This document shows positions 23,656 through 36,473 of a DNA stretch of 64,000 bases, one piece after another. The notes beneath the pieces are model-generated. The model saw nothing but the letters and a program-made list of their open reading frames with translations, was not told the origin of the DNA and searched no databases. How positions within the stretch are numbered: the first letter of the stretch is position 1; every line of letters begins with the position of its first letter. The translations under genes were made by a program, and so were the position numbers. Origin of the DNA: Eledone cirrhosa (taxonomy: Eukaryota); assembly GCA_964016885.1 (NCBI GenBank), contig OZ024753.1, positions 29,698,001 through 29,762,000 of the forward strand. Reading direction: 5' to 3'.

Positions 23656-23819
23656 TAATAATTGGAACTAATAAAAGAAATAAAATGTTGGAATTGTGCA
23701 GAAAAACGTTTGTGAGATTGTTTTACAAGTTTGAGTTTAAAAACTGTTCTTTGATCTTATAACTAATGATCTCACGATTTCATTTGTAAGAATGTTCACA
23801 TATCTCAGGAGACACAAAT

Positions 23820-24410
23820 ATGTGTGCTTCTATATGTGTCTGTGTGTTTTAGCAATCACCTATCACATACTTCTATGTATGTGTATGCGTCTCAGCAGAC
23901 AATTACACACATTTCTCTGTGTGTGTGTGTCTTTCCGCTGACACATACACATATGCCTCTGTATGTTTTAACAATCACCTATACTCGTGCCTCTATGTGT
24001 GTTTTTGTGTGTGTGTGTGTGTATGTGCATGTATGTGTGTGTGTTTCCGCTGACACATACACATATGCCTCTGTGTGTGTATGTGTGTTTTAGCAATCAC
24101 CTATACTCATGCCTCTATGTGTGTGTTTGCATGTGCATCAGCTGACCCCTACACACATCTCTGTATGTGTGTTTTAGCAGACACACACACATGCTTCTAT
24201 GAGTGTGTGTGAGTGTGTTTGTGTATGTGTGTGAGTATGTTTCAGCAGACACCTACACAAATGCCTCTGTGTATGTGTATTTTAGCAAACAGCTACACAC
24301 AAGTGTGTGTATGTGTGTGGAAGCTGACACTTGCACACGTGTGTGTTTCAGTGTGTATTTCAGCAGACACCTACATAGATGTCTCTATGAGTGTGTATAT
24401 GTGTCTGTTT
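23820..24410. repeat. Degenerate (TG/CA)-rich minisatellite
   Basis: Recurring CAGCAGACACCTACACA..TCTGTGTGTG units. Confidence 0.7.
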
Positions 24411-24621
24411 AAATTCTTCAAAGTGAATTTAACCAAGACCAAAACACACACACATACATAGATGATGTTTATAACTGTTAATTATGATGTTTTTTGATTG
24501 ATCATGATGTTTTGGATTTTAAAGAAGAAGAGAAAGAGACATTTAAATAATTCATGCTTTGGTAATATAAGTGAGAGTGGTTTTGGTTAAGAATCGAAGC
24601 TGGATTGTTGATTTTGTTTAA

Positions 24622-25058
24622 CCCTTTAGCATATAAACTGGCCATATCCGGCAAGAATTCTCTCACCTCTTTCTGTTCAAACCAGCTCTAGCTGGCCACT
24701 CATACTGATGTTAAGGTATAGTTCTCAAAATAAATAATATCAAAATCTCATAGATTCGATATGATGTGAGATCATTATGTGAGGTCGGTGGATTGGCAGT
24801 ATCGGTAGAGAGTCGGACGCCATGCTTTCCAGCATAGTTACGTCCCTTTGCGGTCTGAGTTCAAATCCCGCCGAGGTTAACTTTGCCTTTCATCCTTACG
24901 GGGTCGATAAAATAAAGTACCAGTAATGTACTTGTGCCAAAAGTAGAAACAATTATGTGAGGTAAAGCCTTTACCATGAAAATACAATTGTAAATATAGA
25001 ATAATTGTTTCTACTTTTGACACAATAGTAAATATAGAATAATGTAAATTCTAAAGGG
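24622..25058. mobile_element. piggyBac-type MITE interrupted by a SINE
   Basis: CCCTTTAGC..CTAAAGGG ends with the family interior split by SINE A. Confidence 0.75.
24786..24951 (+). mobile_element. SINE family A with 12-bp TSD
   Basis: TSD ATTATGTGAGGT at 24774-24785 and 24952-24963; A and B boxes present. Confidence 0.88.
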
Positions 25059-25389
25059 CTAACTGAGTAGGCTGCAAAGAATGGCAGTTATCAACAGTAA
25101 GAATTTACCATGTTAATACATTAGCAATGTAAAGGGTTATCAAGGAAATTAACAACTGCACCACACTCAAAATGAGTGAGCCCCTACAAAGCAGCTGGAC
25201 CTATCAGAAATAGCCTCACCCATCCAATCTGTCAAACTACACCTTACTGTTGTAAAAAAAGAAAAAACTATTAGAATAATACTGCAATTCTTTTTTTTTT
25301 TTTGCTTTTTCAATGGAATACAATTAAATAATTTTTTTTTTTAATAACATAAATGAATTTATTCAAAAACAAAAAACAAACCTTATTTA

Positions 25390-25451
25390 GCAAGAAAACA
25401 TTTTTTTTAAAACGGGGAAACAAAAGGAAAAGAAAGAATAGGGAAATATAG

Positions 25452-25486
<35 letters not shown>

Positions 25487-25640
25487 CAAAGGGAGGGGAT
25501 AACGAGCTCTGGTGTCGCAGAGAGAGGGGAGGGTGATTGGGCTTTCAGCCTAGGGCAAGGGGGCAGGAATGCTGAGCCCTGCGGACAAGACGGCAAAAGC
25601 ATTCCCTCGTACAATGGCCAGTGACACCCACTGCAACAGA
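25390..25640 (-). mobile_element. CRE-like LINE 3' fragment
   Basis: CLLQWVSLAIVRGNAFAVLSAG plus 3'UTR. Confidence 0.75.
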
Positions 25641-26184
25641 CACCTAAATAAATTGGCAATAAAGTAAAGGAAAAGAAAAGAAAAGTAGTAACTCCGTTCC
25701 AATTTCTTACAGAGTCCAAAGTGTAAGACATATAGCAGTGACATGAGATATGGCAGCAGCACATTGATGAGGAATTGGAACATGGTTGGCTCACATGACT
25801 ACTGAGATAGCTATGACATGTTCACAGCTTAAAACATTTGTAATGAGATTTACATATGTTTACTGGACATAAACATATCATATATAACTCCATATACGCA
25901 TCAATTATATATGTGAGTGTGTGTGTGTATATACATATATCATCATCATCATTTTACGTCCGCTTTTCCCTATTATATATATATATATATTATATATATA
26001 TATATACATATATAAAATTATATACATATATATATATTGTTATACTTGGGGAGGGTCATATTTGTGTAATATTGCCAGAATTAATAACAGAACGCACTCA
26101 CTGTTTGGTTGGTTTTCGCTTATATATATTATATATATAAATATATATTATATATATAAATATATATACATATATATATATATA

Positions 26185-26518
26185 TCATCATCATTTTACG
26201 TCCGCTTTTCCCTGCTTGCAAGGGTGGCACGGGAACTGATTCTGGCTTGATTTCTACAGCTGGATGCCCTTCCTAACACCAACCTCATTTACAGTGAGTG
26301 CTGGGTGCTTTTTTGCCGTGGCACCTCCACGGCCACTTTGCAGTGGAATGATGGGGACCCCAGTCCCTATCATCTCATTTCTACAGCTGAGTAAACTGGA
26401 GCAATGTGAAATAAAGTGTCTTGCTCAAGGAAACAACACATCACCCGGTCTGAGAATTGAACTCACAACCTTTCGATTGCAAGGCCAATGCTCTAACCAC
26501 TAAGCCATGTGCCTCCAT
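26185..26518 (-). mobile_element. Young SINE (family B head + RTE-type tail)
   Basis: Near-identical to 34737-35056 and 53640-53980. Confidence 0.85.
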
Positions 26519-26549
26519 GATGATGATATATATATATATATATATATAT

Positions 26550-26712
26550 ACTCCTTTACATTCAATCTCTGAACTTTTCAGCCAACCCTCATAAAAAAAA
26601 AAATATATATATATATATTTTTTTTTTTATGAGGGTTGGCTGAAAAGTTCAGAGATTGAATGTGAAGGAGTGATGCTATAGCTGTGAAATCTTGCATGCA
26701 TTCATTTCAACT
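26550..26712. mobile_element. mariner-like terminus with local inverted duplication
   Basis: TATGAGGGTTGGCTGAAAAGTTC end (related end at ~57975); 26550-26671 is palindromic around A/TA/T tracts. Confidence 0.55.
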
Positions 26713-27981
26713 CTTCTTATTAATATCTGTGTGCTTTATATATATATACATATGTGTGTGTAATATATATGTATTCAAGCTACAACCTCATAGATGAGCT
26801 AAGACCTATCATCAGCGATATGACCTGGGGTCATTGAGTATTTCAACATCATACACCTTGTCCAGGCAACCCAACTAAGATTGATCAGTCCCTGACTTGT
26901 ATCCCAACCACAACCCTCCACAGATCAGCCCTTTTTACTCAAAGCCACCAGGTGGCTTTCTCTGTAGCTTCACTCATGGACCGAATTATTCTTCTATTTA
27001 CTACCATCACAGCTCACTTCAAAAGGCTCCCACAACCTCTGTCCTGGCCCCTTTTCATCAGTTCCTGGTTCATCATGTATTAACTATCATTGGCTTCTTT
27101 AACATGCTCTTCCCAGGGGAAGAGAGCTTCAGCATGATCACATGTATGTAACATGATGTTTCGATTTAATATTTTATAAATTATGTCCCTTGGAGTCTGC
27201 CTTAAAAAATATGTCACGTGATTTAATATTTAAAAAAAAAGATAATTAAGATGGCGAAATAAAGTAACACATTGAAAAATCTGTCATTTGTATAAAACAT
27301 ATCACTGTATTTTATTACATATATATGTGTGTGTGTGTATGTATATATATATCATTATTTAATTATTTAACGTATAGTTTCCTTGCTAGCAAGGGTTTGA
27401 TGGGTCATCACAGACCAAGTCAGCACTAACAGCTCAGACTGAGAGTACACATCTTGCTTACATACTTTCCCCGACACTCTACTGAGTACACTGGGTGCAT
27501 TTTATGACATACTCTCTACCGAGTGCATTTTAGCATTTTAACCCTACCAGGTGCATTTTATCATGACACTCTCTCTACCAAGTGCATTTTAGCTCTACCA
27601 GGTGCATTTTATCACTAGAGAGGTTGTTGTGCTTTTGACACAGCTGAAGTGTCCTTGTAACCCTGTCAGGTTTTCTAATCCCAGATGCCTTTACGATCAC
27701 CAAACACTTTGCAAAGTTTATCATGTCGATCACCAACACTAGAAAGGTTGTTTGGGGACTTGACAACTGAATGGTCTTCTCTACCCTATAGGGGGGATAT
27801 GATGGAGTAGAGGCATAGGTAAGAAGGATGATAAATATGTTATCGGATATATATATATATATATATATATATGTAAAAGTTCTATTTAAATTGTTGGGAT
27901 ACAACAAGCAAATATTTTTATAACTGATATAAAGCACTCAAATAATTGGAGTAAAAATACGATATTAACAAATGGAAACTA

Positions 27982-28088
27982 TATTTATAAAACCCTATTT
28001 ATTTCATTATACATATTTCAAGGACACCAAGTTAAACTATGGTGTGCTTTCATCAGATAAAATATAATATAGAGCAGTTTTATAAATA
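27982..28088 (-). ncRNA. Type I hammerhead ribozyme motif
   Basis: Reverse complement TATTTTAT-CTGATGA-AAGCACACCA..TGGTGTCCTT-GAAA-TATGTA-TA-ATGAAATA. Confidence 0.72.
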
Positions 28089-28194
28089 AATATTGACATA
28101 CCCTTAAAGAATGCAACCATTACTGTTGGAAGCTCCCAGATATCGGGGAGCTTCCAACAGTAATGGTTGCATTCTTTAAGGGTATGTCAATATT

Positions 28195-28301
28195 TATTTA
28201 TAAAACTGCTCTATATTATATTTTATCTGATGAAAGCACACTATAATTTAACTTGGTGTCCTTGAAATATGTATAATGAAATAAATAGGGTTTTATAAAT
28301 A
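28195..28301 (+). ncRNA. Type I hammerhead ribozyme motif
   Basis: CTGATGA 28227-28233; stem II AAGCACACTA/TGGTGTCCTT; GAAA 28264-28267; stem I kept with a G-U wobble. Confidence 0.72.
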
Positions 28302-28545
28302 TAGTTTCCATTTGTTAATATCGTATATATATATAGTCTTCAGTATGGGGACTGGTAAGACACCGAATCAGAGAAGTACTCAATACATGGTATGATGAAG
28401 AGTGGGTATATTATGTATATGAGGGGGTATGTGTGTTCGTGTGTAACGATTTTATTGACAGACTTCGAAGTTTTGCCGGGTATGAGACTCATTCAAACTG
28501 TTTGAAAATTCGAAGTCACTGCCAATAAAATAATATTTGACACTA

Positions 28546-28593
<48 letters not shown>

Positions 28594-28976
28594 ATAAAAT
28601 GTAGAGCTGAAAGAGCTAAAGATGAATAAAATAAATAAATAAATAAATAAATAAATAAACTGAAACGTGTGAAAGACGGCTCTTAGGGAAGGGGAGGGGG
28701 TTAGCTGAAAGTCAGCCGTGTGTCAAAAATATTGCCAACGAGACAAAATGCCTGGCTCCTGCAAAAGTGTTACGTCATAAATGAAGAAAATGGCCAACAT
28801 TAGTAGCAGCATTCATAACGGTAGCAGCAGTCCAGAGTAGGGATCAGCCAACACAATCTTCAGAAAATAAAACATTGGGTTAGTTTCTAAACTTTCATAC
28901 AAGCAGATAGATATATTTCTTTATTAGCCACAGGGGCACAAAAGAAGGGGCAGATAGATAGATAGGTGAGTGTGTG

Positions 28977-29013
<37 letters not shown>

Positions 29014-29913
29014 TGAAAGAGTGTATATGTGTGACTGTGTGTGACTTTATGAATGTAATTACAACCAACACGTGTCACGGTTTCATTGCATTAAGGTTAC
29101 CACCAATAGTCAGTTATCTCCCTTCATTCTGCTCCTCATCACTGACAGTCTCGTTGCTAATGTTGATTTCTTCTCATTACTACTACCACATTTAGCATTG
29201 CTCTCACTACCACCTTCAAAACTGCTACTACCACGTCTACGAGAACTACTACCACCATCACCACACAGAAACACCTACACACCCATCGTTACTGCAACTA
29301 CCACCATCATCATCATCTTCCCTACCTGTATATGATACTAAGTTGACTACTACTGCTACTCCAACACATAGTGTTGCTTCGACCAACACTCACCTTCAAA
29401 TTACTACCACGCCGACGAATTCTGCTGCAACCATCACTATATCGTTACTAGGCCCACAACCATTAGTATTACTCCTACTACTTCGAATTACTGCTGCTGT
29501 TGTTACTCCACCTCAACGGCTGTACGAACATACCATATGGCCCAGCTGCAGCGAGCACAACACCACCAGCGTTGGATGAGGTGAGGAAAGGATTGGACTC
29601 CCGAAACTAACACACAGACACATTTTCCTAGCGATACAGAAAGAGAGAAGGGAGAGGACCTTGAAAGGATCAACGAACGACTGTCGCCGCCCGGAACACT
29701 CCCCTTTTATACAATATAATATTAATAATCCGCTAAAAAAAAAAATATATAACGACTGACCGAATCAACCATTTGAAAGTAATCTGGACCTTGCCCAGAC
29801 AGAACATCATCATCGACATTAGCTTCATCTTTTCTCCTACCTTTCCTTTTCTATATAGACGTACTTTATTTATTTTTTAAATATCGATTGTTTAATTAAT
29901 TAATTACACAAAA

Positions 29914-30087
29914 ATGGTCCCTCTAGAATTAAACACCCTAACAATGGTGCTGCCATTGGTGGTAGTGATAGTTGGTGTTCTATTGGTTTTTGCCTGTGGT
30001 TTCCGAACCCTTGCACCGCCCCTCAGCTTCGATTCTGGTCGACACGAATCCAAGAAATCAACCCAAAAGAAACCCAAGAAAACGAAG
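29914..30087 (+). CDS. Metadherin/LYRIC-like single-pass membrane protein, exon 1
   Basis: AAAATGG start context; TM helix VLPLVVVIVGVLLVFACGF followed by Lys-rich KKSTQKKPKKTK; donor AAG|GTATTT, phase 0. Confidence 0.8.
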
Positions 30088-30917
30088 GTATTTCTTTTTC
30101 TTTTTATATCTTTATACCATGAATATATTTTCTATTTGTTTCGCTTGATCTTTAATTATACTTAGATAATAATTTATTGTTTTCATTAACATTATCATCA
30201 TTATTATAATGATCGCATTTATTTTTCCATTTGAGAATGTGGTAGAATTCTGTAGTTGAGATCCAGTTGCCGGTTGACAATATATCATTAATATAGTCAG
30301 TGATCAACGATAAACCACTTAACCATCTGACACAACCTTTATGTGATGTGTAAGGTAGACGATAGGTAGGGAGCATTAATTGGCTCTTTTACATTTACAA
30401 TAGATATACTTCATCTAAACTCGCACCATAAATGCATCATTTAATTCACACATCCTTCAAAACACACCCACGCATACACTCATAGATACATACACGTATA
30501 TTTTATCAGTCATTTGTGTATTTACCATTCTTCTCCGGAACAAACTGAACTTGGTACCATTTCTTTCACAAAGCAATCATATTAAATTTGATAGATCGTA
30601 TTTAAACCTAACTGGATATCTATTTAGTCTCATTGATCATTTTCTATCATTTCTTATTCTAACTCTTCAAATATCTATACATACTCAATCACATTGACTA
30701 GACAAACCATATTGACAAAGGGAGAAAGAGAAATGTCGCTTCGTTTTGTTTAAATGATTATTACTTAAGAAATAATATCTAAGGTGCTATCATCTTTCTT
30801 TGAGCAATAATTTATATTGGGGTAAAGGTTGGTTCTAGTTGAATTCGTTCATATTTTGATTAGATTTCTTATTTTGGGGGCGGCCTTTTTTAATTGTAAT
30901 TTCACTCTCTCTCTCTC

Positions 30918-30966
<49 letters not shown>

Positions 30967-32203
30967 TGTCCGTTTTCCCCACTAAGCTAATACAATTAAT
31001 CATAATTCTGTCATAAGATGCGGTCTTGTCGAAATTTGTACATTTAATATACGATATGTGTCATTAAAGTTGAATATTTATTTTATTATCGATCCCGATT
31101 TTGAGTATTTTTACCATCTAGATTGGGAAATACCTTTAAAATTAACGATCTGTACATTTCCTGGCTTAGGGTGTAGGAAGGAGGACTTTCACTAAAGGGA
31201 GGTGCTTTCATTAGTGTTATTTATAAATCTGTTTGCCAAATAGCAGACTTTTAAAGGGCTGATATGTCAGCTTATTCTTAACCCTCTATACTAAATGTGC
31301 ATCGACAAAATTCTCTTTATATTGTGGACATATGGTGATAGTTGCATATAGATGTTATGCCGATGTGTAAAATGTGTACCTTAGTATATATATGTTTTTA
31401 ATATATACTCTCTAGTCGCAATTTCTGTATTTGAAACTCAAGGAAGACTGGAGTGTTGACTGTAGTTCATAATTGAAGCATTTTGATCTTCACACGCGTA
31501 CCATCAAGATGCTGTCTAATGGGAGGGACACGTCACACAAGATTGTAACAGTTGAGCTCTTGAGAGTTGGTTACTCTTCTCGCCTTCTCATGTTTCTCAT
31601 GCACATATTTTCGAGTCGGATTTAAAGATCAATAGCATTAATTTGATATTTCTATTTATCTTAAATCTATGTACGCAATGATTTATCAATAATTCAAAAT
31701 ACTCGATGCTTTTAAATGAATCATTTTCATACATTTTTACTGTTAGTCATTTCAGTGTGGAGTTTTCTTCAAATTTCACAAGTGCTAGCCTGATCCTTCA
31801 TATTGCTGAATGTGCATTTATCTTCTTGCCGTTAGTAGGTTAATGAGATTTAGCGTAAAGCTAATAGATGTTGAGTTACTTTTTTCTTTTTAATTCTGAG
31901 AAATATTTTATCGGAATAAATATATATTTTTCAAGGAAATCTATTTTATAGCTGACCAACTTTTCTATTTCATACAACAATTATGACTAGACAATTCTAT
32001 AAATACTTTATTCTTATAACTTCAGGTTTTTCCGTGCTATTTTAAATTTTAAGTTTAATGTGCTATGTGTGTGAACACATCCTGTAAACGTAATACAGCC
32101 ATCCACCGTAATGTGTATATATATATATAATGACTCTACTACCCCATGTATTGAGTACTCTGGTGCGTTTTGGTCCACCTGGTATCTTACCACACCCTCT
32201 CTG

Positions 32204-32251
<48 letters not shown>

Positions 32252-34354
32252 TATTTTTCACTGGGAAAAATTTGTCACCATTTTCTTTTCCTTTTTACTA
32301 ATATATATATATATTCTGAGTACTTGACAAACCAGCTGTTTTTGTTATATTTTTTATAGTGTTAAGCAAATTCTTTTATACAACAGAAATTTTTTATTAG
32401 GTTTGATAAAGAAAGATTTTTCTATTGAACACGGGGACTTACTTTCAAATAGGAAGTGTGAGGAATAAAATTAATATTGGTACAGTTAATTTTACATAAT
32501 TTCGAGAGTCTATTGTCAGAAGACGTAGCTGTGGTCGGTTTTCTATATAACAGCTGACTTCAGTATGAAGTGCAGCCTGTAGTGTAGGGGTGAAAGATAA
32601 GGCAGAGATAGCAAAAAAGGGTTGAAATTGATAAACTTGAATTGAAAATAGGATCCTGTGGACAAGATCTGAAAACCACGGGGCACATTATATTTGCTAT
32701 AGGAGAAGGATATGAGATCATAATGAACCAGTGAGTGAGAAATTTTAGTAAGGAAGGATTTATTGATCAGAGGAATGAATTTCTTTTCATCATTTTGATA
32801 CCAACTTGAAGACAACCCATTTAAATATTCATATTTAAATCAAATCCTTCCACCTCAATTGTATTTAAAAACCTTTTTATGAGAAAATTAGTTATATTAA
32901 CTGAATTGTTTTATTAGTTATTGAAACACATAGTGTATGTCAGTGACGAACGGTTTTAGTGATGTGCAGCATTAGATGTCAATAATCATAGAGGATGTTG
33001 CGCTCTAGAGTTTGGTATATTTGGGTAGAGAGTTAGCAGCTTCTAATTTCTTGTCTATCAAAATCTGTTACATAAAGATTTGTATTCTTAACCACCAAGT
33101 TAAAAATATGACTATTCAGAAGAGATCGCTGAAAATAGAGCACATTATGAAAGGGGGAAATCCTTTAAAGCATCAAGCTGTTCATTAGAAGAAGGGGTTG
33201 GGGGAGTGTTGTTTCTCAAAGATTACATCCTTTCCTCTTAGTTTGGCATTATTCCAATCTGTTAGGATTGATGTTAACCTTTTTTCTGTAATTTCTTTCC
33301 ATAAGTTTTTATATTCTCTCTGCTGAGAAAACACTCTGTATTCTGTTGCTTTTCATTGAAATGTTCTGTTGAGCTTTGCTTTATTAACTTAGTGAGAATC
33401 AGATGATTTTACTGTTATAGGTTCTTTTCCAATGTGAATTTTAACAGCTGACTTTGCTGTCACTAAGCTAGTAGACTACTGGCATGTTTGTTAAAAGATT
33501 GTATGACCTTTGATAGTAACTGCCAACTCATCACACTTTAGAAATATATCCACTCTTGATCAAGGTTCTCTCCAATGTGGAAAACTATCAAATAATTTTT
33601 GTTTTGTTTTGTTTTTGTATTTGTTGTTTTTACACATAACCATTTATTTCTCTTCAGTTCTTCAATTTTATTATTTCAACAACAAAAATATTTAGAATAT
33701 TTTAGAGGTGATAATAGTTTTTTTTATTGTTTTTTTCTAATAATTAATATTTAAAAAACAACATAAAAATCATTTGAGAATAAGGTTAGGTGTATTTCTT
33801 CCATATTAGTTCAGAAGTGATCACTGTGTCATTTATCTATTAGGTATAAAGTCCAATAGGAGTACAACAGCTGGCTCACATTTTGTACAAAAAAAATACT
33901 CTTATAGTTTGTCATTTATACTTTAGCAGCATATAGTTACGGCCCTTTACGTTCTGAGTTCAAATCCCGCCGAGGCTAGCTTTGCCTGTCATCTTTACAA
34001 GCTCAATAAAATAAAGTACCAGGAATGTACTGGGATCGATTTAATCGATTTTGCCCTCCCCGCCCGCAAAATTGTTGCCCTTGTGTCTCAATCAGAAACC
34101 ATTAATTTATATATCTAAAAACTGAATATAAATTTCTTCTTGTGAATCTATTGTTACTCTTTACATTTGAACACAGTTGCTCCCTCATATTTTGTTGGAT
34201 CTGAAATAAAATAATTTTACAGCAGCAGATGGACTAATTACTTAATATATTTCTTAGATCAATGATTCAATCCTTGGGCAAGGAATCCTTTTTATCACTT
34301 TCTGCAAGTAATAGTTGGCAAATATATATATATACTGGCTGAAACCTATCAAAG

Positions 34355-34392
<38 letters not shown>

Positions 34393-34736
34393 ATGATGAT
34401 GATGTATGTAAAAGGTAAACAGAAATAACAACACAATCGGTACAGTATATGGAAGGGATATATTAGGTTAACGCTTGATATAGCAGGAAGAGGGTCTTAA
34501 CGTTTTGGATGCTAGTTCTTCATCAGAAGAAAGAATGAGAAATAAGATAGATTGAGGGGATGGGCGGGGCTCTATATATAGTCAGATTTTGGTTTTGCCT
34601 GATTAACAAGTCTGATGAGCAGATCAGGCTAGTGTCGGGTCTATAGCATTAATATAGATATTGAACCACCCGTCTGTGAAATAGTCATAATAAAGACCTT
34701 AATGTTAAACCTCATTTTGTTCTTGATATATATATA

Positions 34737-35056
34737 TGGAGGTACATGGCTTAGCGGTTAGAGCATTGGCCTTGCAATCGAAAGGTTGTGAGTTCAATTC
34801 TCAGACTGGGTGATGTGTTGTTTCCTTGAGCAAGACACTTTATTTCACATTGCTCCAGTTTACTCAGCTGTAGAAATGAGATGATATCATTCCACTGCAA
34901 AGTGGTCATGGAGGTGCCACAGCAAAAAAGCACCCAGCACTCACTGTAAATGAGGTTGGTGTTAGGAAGGGCATCCAGCTGTAGAAATCAAGCCAGAATC
35001 AGTTCCCGTCCCACCCTTGCAAGCAGGGAAAAAGCGGACGTAAAATGAAATGATGA
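34737..35056 (+). mobile_element. Young SINE (family B head + RTE-type tail)
   Basis: A/B boxes, CCTTGAGCAAGACACTT core, GGAAGGGCATCCAGCTGTAGAAA tail. Confidence 0.85.
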
Positions 35057-35082
35057 TACAATATATTAATAAATGGAAACTA

Positions 35083-35185
35083 TATTTATAAAACCATATT
35101 TATTTTATTATACATATTTCAAGGGCAACCAAGGCAAATTATGGTGCGCTTTCATCAGATAAAATACAGATTTGTTTTATAAATA
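35083..35185 (-). ncRNA. Type I hammerhead ribozyme motif (single-arm copy of the PLE-like family)
   Basis: Reverse complement TATTTTAT-CTGATGA-AAGCGCACC..GGTTGCCCTT-GAAA-TATGTA-TA-ATAAAATA. Confidence 0.72.
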
Positions 35186-35453
35186 AATATTGATATACCC
35201 GGAAAAAAGACAACCTTAACGGTTGGAGCTTCCTGGATATATATATATATAGTAATAATAATTACGAAAAGCAAAATCAGTAGAGGGCTCGATAAGGATT
35301 ATATATATAAATAAAAGCAGAGCAAATATTTATTGTTAATACATATTAAAGTTTAAGCAAAGAATCGCTGCTTTCACCCTATTACAGGATCTTCTGAAAC
35401 TGTTTCAGATCTCATAATAGGGTGAAAGCAGTGATTCTTTGCTTAAACTTTAA

Positions 35454-35492
<39 letters not shown>

Positions 35493-35553
35493 TAATAATA
35501 ACAGTGTTGTTATTATTGGATATAAACTTTACCAGAGGGTTTAAAGCTCGATG

Positions 35554-35591
<38 letters not shown>

Positions 35592-35853
35592 TGATAATCA
35601 ATTGTAAGAAAAGCAAGATATTCCAGATCCAGAATAAGTTGTCATGAAAGAAAGGGGGAGGGGGGCTAGATAATTTAACTAGAAATAGATATGGGAATTA
35701 TAGCAATGACTGCAATAGTTTAAAACCACCATTGTGGTTGTATTGTTGTTGGGTTTTTTTAATAACTAACGTTGACTTGTGCAAAGGAATGTATAATAGT
35801 CATATTCTCCCTTCACATATGTTTACATAATCTATGGTATTATTTAATAAAGC

Positions 35854-36034
35854 GGTGGATTGGCAGTATCGGTGGAGGGTCGGACGCCATGCTTTCCAGC
35901 ATAGTTACGTCCCTTTACAATCTGAGTTCAAATCCCGCTGAGGTTGACTTTGCCTTTCGTCCTTACGGGGTCGATAAAATAAAGTACCAGTAATGCACTG
36001 GGTAATTGCTGGCCTTGTGCCTAAAGTAGAAACA
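35854..36034 (+). mobile_element. SINE family A with 15-bp TSD
   Basis: TSD ATTATTTAATAAAGC at 35839-35853 and 36035-36049. Confidence 0.88.
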
Positions 36035-36307
36035 ATTATTTAATAAAGCTATATTAATACCTTCACTAGTGTACTGTGACTGTACTAGATAACACAGTAA
36101 ACTCACTTGTTATATAAAATATATATACCGTGCATTGAAAATGAGAGTGTATATGTTTTAAATATTTACAAAAAATGTGAAATAAATAGGAATTGTGTAG
36201 CAGTATAAATAATTGACACCCCAACAAGAAAGCCTCTACATGTCAATCAACCTGTAAGAGATAGTAGCCAAATCTCCCTCAAATCACACCTACTATATTC
36301 TATAAAG

Positions 36308-36473
36308 CAAGGTTTCCCAAACTTTTTCAAATGCAGAACCCTTTTTGGTTCAGAAACTTTTGGGGGAACTCCAAAGTCTAATACTGATATATGGTCGTAA
36401 TATAAATATACTCCTCTACTTTTTTCATAGAACCCCAGACACTCCTTTGTGGAAACCACTTTGGGAACCACAA
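36308..36473. mobile_element. hAT-type MITE
   Basis: 8-bp TSD CTATAAAG (36300-36307, 36474-36481); imperfect TIR CAAGGTTTCCCAAA/TTTGGGAACCACAA. Confidence 0.75.

Larger units (their letters stand above)
27875..28326. mobile_element. Fold-back Penelope-like element with inverted hammerhead-bearing arms
   Basis: Palindrome 27957-28326 (about 181-bp arms, 8-nt centre), flanked by TA tracts; diverged homolog of 4799-5360. Confidence 0.75.

Noticed and set aside
28790-29580. Short ORFs and Thr/Pro-rich ORFs upstream of 29914
   Set aside because: ACT/ACC low-complexity sequence with stops; more likely promoter or 5'UTR.
34610-34640. CTGATGA as a hammerhead core
   Set aside because: No properly placed stem II-GAAA follows.
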